Assembly (NCBI GenBank): GCA_041906785.1
Contig: JAYRIM010000023.1
Coordinates: 64,019-128,018 of the forward strand
DNA length: 64,000 bases
Direction: 5' to 3'
Source: Candidatus Levyibacteriota bacterium
GTDB taxonomy: Bacteria; Patescibacteriota; Microgenomatia; Levybacterales; UBA12049
The notes under the pieces were generated by a model. It worked only from the letters and a program-made list of their open reading frames with translations, searched no databases and had not been told where the DNA came from. Both the position numbers and the translations under genes were made by a program. Positions 37,146-45,539 of this stretch are shown piece after piece. How positions within the stretch are numbered: position 1 is the first letter of the stretch; each line of letters opens with the position of its first letter.

Positions 37146-38374
37146 AGATAGCTCAACCTCGACTTTTTGAACCAATTGATACAACACTTCGTGAAGGAGC
37201 ACAATCACCTCTTCTGGATGACACTAATAAATTTTTCTTTTCGCAAAAAGAGAAATTAGATCTTATTGATGCGTTATCTAGATTTGGTGTTCGCTATTTT
37301 GAAGTTTTTTCTCCTATAGTTAGTCAACAAGAACATCAAGATTTATTAGCAATAATTGCAAAGAAAAAAGAGCTTCAGGATGAACTGAAAACGAAAATTT
37401 TTATTTTGTCACATGTGCGTTGTCATCCTGCTGATATCGAATTAGCGATAAACGCAGGAGTAGACGGCTTAAATATATATATAGGGACGTCTGAACATTC
37501 ACGAAAGTATAATCATGGAAAAGAATTAGACACGATTATAGGAAAGGCCAGACCTCTTCTAGCTCAGATAAGAAAACAAAATCCTCATATGATAATTCGA
37601 TTTAGCGGAGAAGATGCATTTCGAACTTCTGAAAAAGATCTTTTTTATGTCTATGATCAGATAATAGAATATGTCGATCGACTCGGTACACCAGACACTG
37701 TTGGAATAGCAGATCCAGAACATATTGCTAAAAGAATACAAGCTCTAAAAAAACGCTATCCTCATATACCGCTTGAAGGACACTTTCATAATGATCGGGG
37801 TTTTAGTTTAGTGAATGCATTGACTGCTGTGTATAATGGAATGGAATTTATCAATACCTCTATTTTAGGATTAGGCGAACGTTCTGGAATAACTTCAATG
37901 ACTGGTCTTTTCCTTAATTTATATCTACACGATCCTACGTATTTAAAAAAATTTGACAGTTCTGTTATGTACGCTTTAAACGTATTAGTGGCAGACATGT
38001 TAAACATACAAGTACCTACAACAGAACCTGTCAGTCTTACAAACCGAACCCATTCTGCTGGTGTACATACAGGTGCTCAGCTGAAAGGTAGTAGCGCATA
38101 TGAAGCACTTCCTTTAGCGGAGTTTGGGGTGAATGAGACGAGATTACTCCTAGGACCGCTCAGCGGATCACATATTATTCGGTATTATCTCAAACATATT
38201 TTAAATTATGCAGTAAATGATGAAATTGTTCCAGTGATTACTAACGAATTTAAAAATCGGATATATAAAAAGACAAAAAAACAAACTCCAACAGTAGTAT
38301 TAGAACAGATTGCCAAATCATTTAAAATCCCACATATTTCAAGACCTGTAGCACACGAGGAGTATCTTCAGTAG
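37142..38374 (+). CDS. LeuA/NifV-family (DRE-TIM metallolyase) 2-oxoacid:acetyl-CoA condensing enzyme - homocitrate/citramalate/Re-citrate-synthase-like
   Basis: DTTLREGAQSP (canonical DTTLRDGEQ), LEGHFHNDRGFSLVNALTAVYNGMEFINTSILGLGERSGITSM (HxH…GxGERxGN), LLLGPLSGSH (LGKHSGRHA). 410 aa. ATGA overlap with murB. Confidence 0.7.
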   Translation: MKIAQPRLFEPIDTTLREGAQSPLLDDTNKFFFSQKEKLDLIDALSRFGVRYFEVFSPIVSQQEHQDLLAIIAKKKELQDELKTKIFILSHVRCHPADIELAINAGVDGLNIYIGTSEHSRKYNHGKELDTIIGKARPLLAQIRKQNPHMIIRFSGEDAFRTSEKDLFYVYDQIIEYVDRLGTPDTVGIADPEHIAKRIQALKKRYPHIPLEGHFHNDRGFSLVNALTAVYNGMEFINTSILGLGERSGITSMTGLFLNLYLHDPTYLKKFDSSVMYALNVLVADMLNIQVPTTEPVSLTNRTHSAGVHTGAQLKGSSAYEALPLAEFGVNETRLLLGPLSGSHIIRYYLKHILNYAVNDEIVPVITNEFKNRIYKKTKKQTPTVVLEQIAKSFKIPHISRPVAHEEYLQ

Positions 38375-38392
38375 ATAAAGATGAAGAAAAAG

Positions 38393-39883
38393 TTAGTATT
38401 TGTACGGATACCCGCTATTGCCTGTATTTAACATAAAGTAAACAATAACAATTGCGACAATAAAGTACACAAGAAGCCAAAGGAAAGTTGCCACGAAGTT
38501 CAAAACTCCCCAGACCAATCCTCGTTTCGTACCTATAATATATGAAGGAGCTATGAGTAATGCGAAGTACACACCGAGAGAGAAAACCAGTATCATTAGT
38601 GACAGTAATGTATTAAAGGTATAATCATATGAATATTTGTTTATAACGAATGAATACAGGAAAAATATAAGTAGCGTATGTATAGTCGCGAAAAGTGAAG
38701 TGAAAAAACTTACGCCAGATGTAATAAGAAAGCTTTTTTGTACTGATGATAATAACGCATGTTGATCTGTCGCAGGCTGTACATTTCGCCGGGATCGTAT
38801 TTTCTTAATCATTATAAAAGCTATAATAATAATTACTGCTAATAAGAAAAGTAATACAAGAGCTCCTATGAGTACCTCTTTACCGTATAGTCTCCATAAG
38901 CTTTTCGCATATGCACCTTTCACCGTATAGGTTTCCATTGGACTCAAATTACTTGCATATTTTGTTAAAGAACCATAGCCGATATTATTTATGAAATCAT
39001 CAAGTTGATAGCTGCGAATTTCATCATCAGAATCAAATGATGAAGGTCGTAATGAAGTGCTAAGTCCCTGATTATATCCTACAGAACCTGATCCACCTTT
39101 AAGAACATAATCCTGTTCTGTAGAAATACCTACTTGTAATGAACTGATGGTGTTGTCTGTCTTTAATGTTTTAAATTCATATCGATAGACTTGAAACAGA
39201 TCTTCTGAAGTAAAATCAGAAGTTCTATAACTTAGTAAAAGAGTAGTAGATTCATTTGATGAGGTAGGATTTGGTAAGGTTATTTTTAATCTGTCTCCTT
39301 CTCTATCTACAGATGCTTTTTTGTATATATAGCTACTGGAACTATAATCTGTATAACAATCATCATTAGGAACTGGATATGCTTTCGACGATTCAGAATA
39401 TCCAGGGGTAGGTGTAATTGGATATGCAGTGGGAGTTGGATAATAATATGATCCATCTTCCTTATACATTGGTTCTGAAAGTGGATATGGAGGATTAGGA
39501 AGATATGGATAACATGATTTTTGTGGTCTATATAACTGCTCAAGTGCTACTACATCACGTATTTCTTGAGAACTCGGTAATTCATAAGTTAAAGTTTTAA
39601 TTGAACCTTCACTTATACTAGATAAAAGTACCCGTAGACTGACAACTGCCTCACCATTACCCCGAAGATATACAGAATAATAATGTGTCTCACCAAAAAA
39701 GAGTGGCTGCTTATATGAAGGTGGAGGAACTCGAATTGGCATTAATTTTTCCTGAGCTCTACTTTGTGAAATAAAGAGAGGTAAACCGAAAAGTAAAAGA
39801 CCTATGGTGATGAATGTTAAACGAAGAATATGATTTCGCATACTAAATATAGTAGAGCATATGAATAGAGCGATGTCAATCAA
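38393..39883 (-). CDS. Hypothetical secreted/membrane protein: signal peptide, Pro/Tyr/Ser-rich extracytoplasmic domain, multi-TM C-terminal region
   Basis: Probable start MRNHILRLTFITIGLLLFGL (about 39841). Low-complexity PTPTAYPITPTPGY region. About 5 C-terminal TM helices. No family recognised. Confidence 0.45.
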   Translation of the reverse strand: MIDIALFICSTIFSMRNHILRLTFITIGLLLFGLPLFISQSRAQEKLMPIRVPPPSYKQPLFFGETHYYSVYLRGNGEAVVSLRVLLSSISEGSIKTLTYELPSSQEIRDVVALEQLYRPQKSCYPYLPNPPYPLSEPMYKEDGSYYYPTPTAYPITPTPGYSESSKAYPVPNDDCYTDYSSSSYIYKKASVDREGDRLKITLPNPTSSNESTTLLLSYRTSDFTSEDLFQVYRYEFKTLKTDNTISSLQVGISTEQDYVLKGGSGSVGYNQGLSTSLRPSSFDSDDEIRSYQLDDFINNIGYGSLTKYASNLSPMETYTVKGAYAKSLWRLYGKEVLIGALVLLFLLAVIIIIAFIMIKKIRSRRNVQPATDQHALLSSVQKSFLITSGVSFFTSLFATIHTLLIFFLYSFVINKYSYDYTFNTLLSLMILVFSLGVYFALLIAPSYIIGTKRGLVWGVLNFVATFLWLLVYFIVAIVIVYFMLNTGNSGYPYKY

Positions 39884-42182
39884 CCGCTTCCCTCCTAGCC
39901 TGAAAAGCTCTATAATAGCACCTATGTACTGGGCTGATACTATTGCAAAAGAAATTAAAAAACGCGGTCTTACTCTAGAATGGGTTGATGATATGAAAAC
40001 ACCCTCTGGAAGAATTCATGTAGGATCTCTTCGTGGTGTAATCGTACATGATCTTGTATATAAAGCCTTAAAAGATACAGATGTGAAAACTAAATACACC
40101 TATGTTTTCGAAGATCAAGACCCTATGGATGATCTTCCTGTATATTTACAACGAGAAAAATATGAAAAATATCTGGGACTACCTCTTTTTAAAGTTCCAT
40201 CTCCAGAACCAGGATATGCTCACTATGGAGAGTTTTTTGCTTTAGAATTTAAACAAGTTTTTAATGCTATTGGTTGTCAACCAGAAATTATTTGGACTTC
40301 CCACCTCTATAAAAGTGGAAGAATGAATACAGACATCAAACTGTGTCTCGATAACGCTGCAGATATTCGAAAAATCTATGAGGAACTGTATAAAAAACCT
40401 ATGCCAAAAGATTGGTATCCTTTTCAAGTGTATTGCGAAAACTGTGGGAAGGTTGTAACGACAAGAGTATTTGCTTGGGACGGTGTAAAAGTTTCATATA
40501 GATGTGTAAAGAATGCGGTAGACTGGACTAAAGGATGTGGATATGAAGGAAAAGTAACACCTTTCAGTAACGAACAAGGAATGACAGGAAAGTTACCATG
40601 GAAAATAGAATGGCCTGTCAAATGGAAAGTTATTGGAGTGACTGTCGAAGGAGCTGGAAAAGACCATATGAGTGCCGGTGGATCACATGATTTTGCTAAA
40701 TTAGTTTGTGAACGAATTATAGATTACCCAGTACCCTATCCTTTACCATATGAGTTCTTCCTTGTTGGAGGTAAAAAAATGTCCTCTTCAAAAGGCAGAG
40801 GTACTGCAGCTATAGATATGCTCGAAATCTTACCTCCAGAAATTCTTCGATTCCTTATGGTAAAAACAAAGCTAAATCAAGCAATCAATTTTGATCCTTC
40901 TGGAGATACTATTCCTAAATTATTTGACGAATATCAAAAAGCAGCAGAAGCATATTTAGAGAAAACTGATACTGATTTAGCGAGAGAATTTGAATTATCC
41001 CAAATAGATGGAGTACATAAACCACCTACTATACGCTTTTCAGCACTTACCCAGTGGATACAAATGCCTAATATGGAGAGCAAAATAAAGGACGAAGGAT
41101 TAGAAGAGTGGGCCAAATTTGCTCGTACATGGGTTGACCGATATGCGCCAGAATCAGAAAAATTTGTTGTTCAAAAAAATACACCGTCTGAAGCAAATAA
41201 TTTAACCTCCAATCAAAAATATTATTTACAATTAATCGCTGATGAACTTGAAAAAACTCGTAGCCCAGAAGAATTACAATTAAGAATGTATGAAATTTCT
41301 CAAGAAAGAAATCTCTCTTCTAAAGAAGCTTTTGCTGCCATTTATACTGCTTTACTAGGTAAAAACCATGGTCCTAAAGCCGCATGGCTGTTATTATCTC
41401 TTGATAAACAGTTTGTAAAAGAAAGATTCACAAAAATCTCATCCAATAAAACCTCTCAGGAAAACCCAAGAAATATTACAAAACTTAATCGTCCCGAGTT
41501 ATTTCACATAGACAAGCAAGTCAGCGGAAACTATCCCACGATCTCTGTCGGTTTAGCAATAATAAAAAATATTAACGTTCGTAAAAGTAATGATACTCTC
41601 GAGAAAGAAAAAGAGACGCTTCTAAAAAATTTTGAGGAATTAACAACAGAACAGCTTGGGGCATATCCAGAAATACAAAGTTATAGAAAATTATATAAAC
41701 AGATGGGTGTTGATTGGCATTCACGTCGGCCAAGTCCCGAAGCACTGCTCCGAAGAGTGGCGTTAAAAAAAGGACTTTACACCGTAAATACGTGTGTCGA
41801 TGCGTATAACCTTGTTGTAATGAAAGAAAGAGTTTCAGTAGGAGCGTTTGATTTAGATAAACTGCAATTCCCAACTCTTATGCGTTTTCCTAAACCGGGT
41901 GAAGAAATACTCCTCTTAGGAGATAGTGAACCAACTGCGTATAAAGAGACAGAGCTTGCATATTTTGATCAACAGGGAGGATATAACATTGACTTCAATT
42001 ATAGAGATGCTCAAAGGACGGCAGTGACTGAACAAACAAAAAATGTATATATAAATGTTGATGGTATTTACGATATTACTCCAGATAAAGTGCAACAAGT
42101 TCTAGAAGAAACCTGCGAGATTATAATGAAATATTGTGGGGGAAAATTAGAACTTTTCGGTGTACAATTAGCAAAAGAATAG
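39861..42182 (+). CDS. lysS: Class I lysyl-tRNA synthetase fused to a C-terminal B3/4-type domain (PheT editing-domain fold)
   Basis: Class I aaRS motifs PSGRIHVGSLRG (HIGH-type) and KMSSSKG (KMSKS), archaeal-type LysRS-I core. Residues about 530-773 carry YPEIQSYRKLYKQMGVDWHSRRPSPEALLRRVALKKGLYTVNTCVDAYNLVVMKERVSVGAFDLDKL, resembling the B3/4 domain. Probable start MYWADTIAKE (about 39924). Confidence 0.8.
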   Translation: MNRAMSINRFPPSLKSSIIAPMYWADTIAKEIKKRGLTLEWVDDMKTPSGRIHVGSLRGVIVHDLVYKALKDTDVKTKYTYVFEDQDPMDDLPVYLQREKYEKYLGLPLFKVPSPEPGYAHYGEFFALEFKQVFNAIGCQPEIIWTSHLYKSGRMNTDIKLCLDNAADIRKIYEELYKKPMPKDWYPFQVYCENCGKVVTTRVFAWDGVKVSYRCVKNAVDWTKGCGYEGKVTPFSNEQGMTGKLPWKIEWPVKWKVIGVTVEGAGKDHMSAGGSHDFAKLVCERIIDYPVPYPLPYEFFLVGGKKMSSSKGRGTAAIDMLEILPPEILRFLMVKTKLNQAINFDPSGDTIPKLFDEYQKAAEAYLEKTDTDLAREFELSQIDGVHKPPTIRFSALTQWIQMPNMESKIKDEGLEEWAKFARTWVDRYAPESEKFVVQKNTPSEANNLTSNQKYYLQLIADELEKTRSPEELQLRMYEISQERNLSSKEAFAAIYTALLGKNHGPKAAWLLLSLDKQFVKERFTKISSNKTSQENPRNITKLNRPELFHIDKQVSGNYPTISVGLAIIKNINVRKSNDTLEKEKETLLKNFEELTTEQLGAYPEIQSYRKLYKQMGVDWHSRRPSPEALLRRVALKKGLYTVNTCVDAYNLVVMKERVSVGAFDLDKLQFPTLMRFPKPGEEILLLGDSEPTAYKETELAYFDQQGGYNIDFNYRDAQRTAVTEQTKNVYINVDGIYDITPDKVQQVLEETCEIIMKYCGGKLELFGVQLAKE

Positions 42183-42277
42183 AAGCACTACAAATATTTT
42201 AGCGATTTACTACCTCTAATACTTTTCCCACCTTTGATACCTTTTTCTTTTTTGCTATAGTATCATTTATCTGCGTT

Positions 42278-43147
42278 ATGAAGAAACTCGCATATCTGCT
42301 TATCCCTATTATTATAGTAGGGTTTATAGTATACGCACTCTTTACATTCTTTATATTCAGCGATAATGGCAAGGGAGCACTTCAAATAACATCAAAACCT
42401 TTTAGTAAAGTCTATTTAAACGGTTCTTATATAGGTACAACGCCATTATGCCGATGTGAAGCGCATACAATGATCGCAAGTGGAACATATACATTAAAAC
42501 TCGTACCTTTAGAAAAAGGACTTCCTGAATATGAGGAACAAGTAAAAATAAATAAAGGAGTTTTGTCAGTTGTAGATAGAAAAATTGATACAGGAGTGTA
42601 TTCAGAAGGAAGTGTTATTACGTTAGATACTCTTCCTGATAAAAATGCTGCAGAACTTTTAGTCATCACATTCCCCGATAAAGCTGACGTATTTATTGAT
42701 GCAAATCCGGAGGGGACATCTCCTTTACATCGAACAGAGCTCACAGATTCTGACCATACCATAAGAATTAAAAAAAATGGCTATAAAGATAAAACTGTAA
42801 GGATACGTACTCCTTCAGGTTATAAGCTCACAGCACGTGTCTATCTAAGTATTCTCAAAGACGATGAACAGATACTGCCAATACCGACTCAAGCAGTTAC
42901 ACCATCTATTACTCCAGTACCGACAGGAAAACAGCAAATATCGATTCGAATTCTTGAAACCCCAAATGGATTTTTACGTGTTCGGGAACAAGCCTCTACT
43001 GATGCTTTAGAAATCGGCAGAGTGTCTACTGGAGAAACATTCCAGGTGCTTGAAGAACAAAAAGGATGGTATAAGATTTCTCTCCAAAATGGAACAATTG
43101 GTTGGATCAGCGGCCAATATGTTACCAAACTAACGACTAACGACTAA
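42278..43147 (+). CDS. PEGA-domain protein with C-terminal SH3b-like domain
   Basis: N-terminal TM, PEGA-like FIDANPEGTSPL motifs, C-terminal GWYKISLQNGTIGWISGQYV typical of bacterial SH3. Confidence 0.6.
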   Translation: MKKLAYLLIPIIIVGFIVYALFTFFIFSDNGKGALQITSKPFSKVYLNGSYIGTTPLCRCEAHTMIASGTYTLKLVPLEKGLPEYEEQVKINKGVLSVVDRKIDTGVYSEGSVITLDTLPDKNAAELLVITFPDKADVFIDANPEGTSPLHRTELTDSDHTIRIKKNGYKDKTVRIRTPSGYKLTARVYLSILKDDEQILPIPTQAVTPSITPVPTGKQQISIRILETPNGFLRVREQASTDALEIGRVSTGETFQVLEEQKGWYKISLQNGTIGWISGQYVTKLTTND

Positions 43148-43159
43148 CGACTTTTTATT

Positions 43160-44119
43160 TTACGTTTGTCCCCCAATAACGTAGATAATAATCATTACCA
43201 TTAATGCCCAGAGAACAACAGTTGCTAAGAGCGGTCTATCTGAAAAAAGAACTCTTTCGGGACTTTCACCTTCATGTTTCTCATAGATATCTTGAAGATA
43301 CCGCATCAAACCGTATACTACAGGTAGAATTGTTAACATGAGCCATTTTCGTTGTAAATATGCTGGGAGATATTCTGGTAAAAAAAGATCATTCGTAACT
43401 GTTAGTGATTGTTGCGAGTTTTCTAGAAATGTAAACAACGCATATGAAATAAATGTAGATGTAGCGAAAATAGAAGCATAGACATCTAATAAACGTTCAG
43501 AATAGTGAGAGAGAGATTTTCTTACCGCTGTGATATTTGCACTATTATGCTGAGAAACAAGAGTTAACTCTCTTCTTCGTTTTCCTACAGCGAGAAAAAG
43601 TGAAAGTGAAATAGTCGTTAATAACAACCAAACTGAAATATGATATTGAAAACCAATTACTACTTCTCCAGCATATACCCGAAGTATATATCCTCCAGCT
43701 AAAGCCAGAATATCAATGATCGCAATATGTTTCAAAAACATAGAATACGAGAGTTGCAACACAAGATAAATAATTGTGATAGCTAAAAATGCAGGCGAAA
43801 TTAGATAACTTCCTATAAGTGAAAACGTAATTAGGACAAAAGAAAGCACTTTCGCCATGTGTACTGGTATATCATTATTTGCCAGAGGTCGGAATCGTTT
43901 AAAAGGATGAAGTTTATCCTTATCTTTATCAAATATATCATTAATTATATAAATCCCGCTTGATATGCCACAGAAAATTATGAATCCATAAAAAACTCTG
44001 AGAAGATACTCTTCATAGAATAGAAGACCTGAAAACAAAATAGCAGCAGTAATCGCGAAGTTTTTAATCCATTGCCTGGGACGCAATAATCTAAAATAAT
44101 TACGTAGTAGTTTTTTCAT
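43160..44119 (-). CDS. UbiA-family prenyltransferase, decaprenyl-phosphate phosphoribosyltransferase (DPPR synthase)-like
   Basis: LLRPRQWIKNFAI…NDIFDKDKDKLHPFKRFRPLANN closely follows the Rv3806c-type motif (LRPKQWVKN…ND..D...D..HP.K..RP.A.G). Confidence 0.7.
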   Translation of the reverse strand: MKKLLRNYFRLLRPRQWIKNFAITAAILFSGLLFYEEYLLRVFYGFIIFCGISSGIYIINDIFDKDKDKLHPFKRFRPLANNDIPVHMAKVLSFVLITFSLIGSYLISPAFLAITIIYLVLQLSYSMFLKHIAIIDILALAGGYILRVYAGEVVIGFQYHISVWLLLTTISLSLFLAVGKRRRELTLVSQHNSANITAVRKSLSHYSERLLDVYASIFATSTFISYALFTFLENSQQSLTVTNDLFLPEYLPAYLQRKWLMLTILPVVYGLMRYLQDIYEKHEGESPERVLFSDRPLLATVVLWALMVMIIIYVIGGQT

Positions 44120-45182
44120 GCTTTTGACGCAAGAGTATATGTAAAAAAGATAAACCTCCTCCTACGATTGCAAGCAGCATGATTAATGCAAATAATTTAT
44201 TTCTACTTTGCAAATGCAATGCAGCTATTCCTAATATAGCAGATATTGACCAGTAAAACAACGCAATTTGTCTTTGTGTCCAACCAAATTGTAATAAAAG
44301 ATGATGTAAATGTTTTCTATCCCCTCTAATTGGAGATTGTCTGGTTAAAATTCTTCTCATTATAGTAAATAAGGCATCAACAGTAGGTATTCCTAACACT
44401 AAGATTGCTGTTGCCAGTTTAGCGCTCGATAACATTGAAACTACTGCGAGCAGCAAATATAAGGATGTTGCTCCATAACCAGGAAAAATTTTTGCAGGAT
44501 GAAAATGATAAAAAAGAAAACCTAAACTACTTCCAGCAATTATAAACGACAGTTTTGCTTCTACAATAACGTTTGGATCTAATAGAGGAAAACGTAAACT
44601 TAATATTCCTATAACGATAGCGGCAATAGCGACGATACCCGGCATCTGACCATCAACTCCACTACTCCAATTAAGCATATTCACTACCCAAATAATCCAT
44701 ATACCGGCAACTAATTGCGAAAGCAGAATATATTGGTCAAATAATAACGGAATTCTAAAGGTATCAAAATGAAGGATTCCACCAAGCGGACTTGTTATAA
44801 ATGGAACAGTTACTCCGCTTCCCACCACAATAATCGCACATAAAATATTAACTAGGAAACGAAAATATGGCGAAAGATCTTTTGATTCAGCATTCAATTT
44901 GTCATCGATAACACCAATAGCGAGAGCTACAAAAGCTGAGAGAAAAATTGCAGCTATCATATTAGTCCATGGAAGAAAAAAAACTGCTGGGATAAAACAA
45001 CCAAAAAACAGTGCTATACCTCCGCCCCGAGGAATGGGTTTCGTGTGAAGAATAGCTGGATGGTTTCTTTTAGGATCATCTAAAAGCCCATATTTTGTAG
45101 CGTATCGGATAACAAACGGCGTTAAAAAAATTGTCACAAGAAAGGCAATAGTTAGAGGTAAAAGTAATATATCAATATACAT
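44100..45182 (-). CDS. Glycosyltransferase family 4 polyprenyl-phosphate N-acetylhexosamine-1-phosphate transferase (MraY/WecA-like)
   Basis: 10-11 TM, YGLLDDPKRNHPAILHTKPIPRGGG and DDKL…motifs of the MraY/WecA superfamily. Overlaps neighbours at both ends. Confidence 0.8.
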   Translation of the reverse strand: MYIDILLLPLTIAFLVTIFLTPFVIRYATKYGLLDDPKRNHPAILHTKPIPRGGGIALFFGCFIPAVFFLPWTNMIAAIFLSAFVALAIGVIDDKLNAESKDLSPYFRFLVNILCAIIVVGSGVTVPFITSPLGGILHFDTFRIPLLFDQYILLSQLVAGIWIIWVVNMLNWSSGVDGQMPGIVAIAAIVIGILSLRFPLLDPNVIVEAKLSFIIAGSSLGFLFYHFHPAKIFPGYGATSLYLLLAVVSMLSSAKLATAILVLGIPTVDALFTIMRRILTRQSPIRGDRKHLHHLLLQFGWTQRQIALFYWSISAILGIAALHLQSRNKLFALIMLLAIVGGGLSFLHILLRQKHEKTTT

Positions 45183-45185
45183 ATT

Positions 45186-45539
45186 TTATATAACAAGTAA
45201 ACTTGTCCTGATAATAAAAATTGATAACGCGAGAGTCACAAATAACGTTGTTATACTCACCATACGGACAATAAGAGGCATATGTTTATATGCGTATTGT
45301 GAAAAAATAATATTAATAAGAATAATACCACCCGTTAAAATAATTGGTAAGAATAACGTTACTTTCCCACCTAATCGTTCCATTCCCCATGGCAGTTGAT
45401 TAAAAACAGGAATGAATGGCGGAAACCTTCCGTATAAAAAAATTGTATAAAAGAAAGTAATTGCCAATAAAAAGCAGGAAACTAAATAACTTCTTTTAAC
45501 AATTCTATCTCTTTTTAAAGTGTTAAAGGCTTCTCTCAT
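45186..45539 (-). CDS. Small hypothetical 3-4 TM membrane protein within the glycosyltransferase cluster
   Basis: 117-aa hydrophobic ORF tightly packed between the GT-C and GT4 genes. Confidence 0.4.
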   Translation of the reverse strand: MREAFNTLKRDRIVKRSYLVSCFLLAITFFYTIFLYGRFPPFIPVFNQLPWGMERLGGKVTLFLPIILTGGIILINIIFSQYAYKHMPLIVRMVSITTLFVTLALSIFIIRTSLLVI

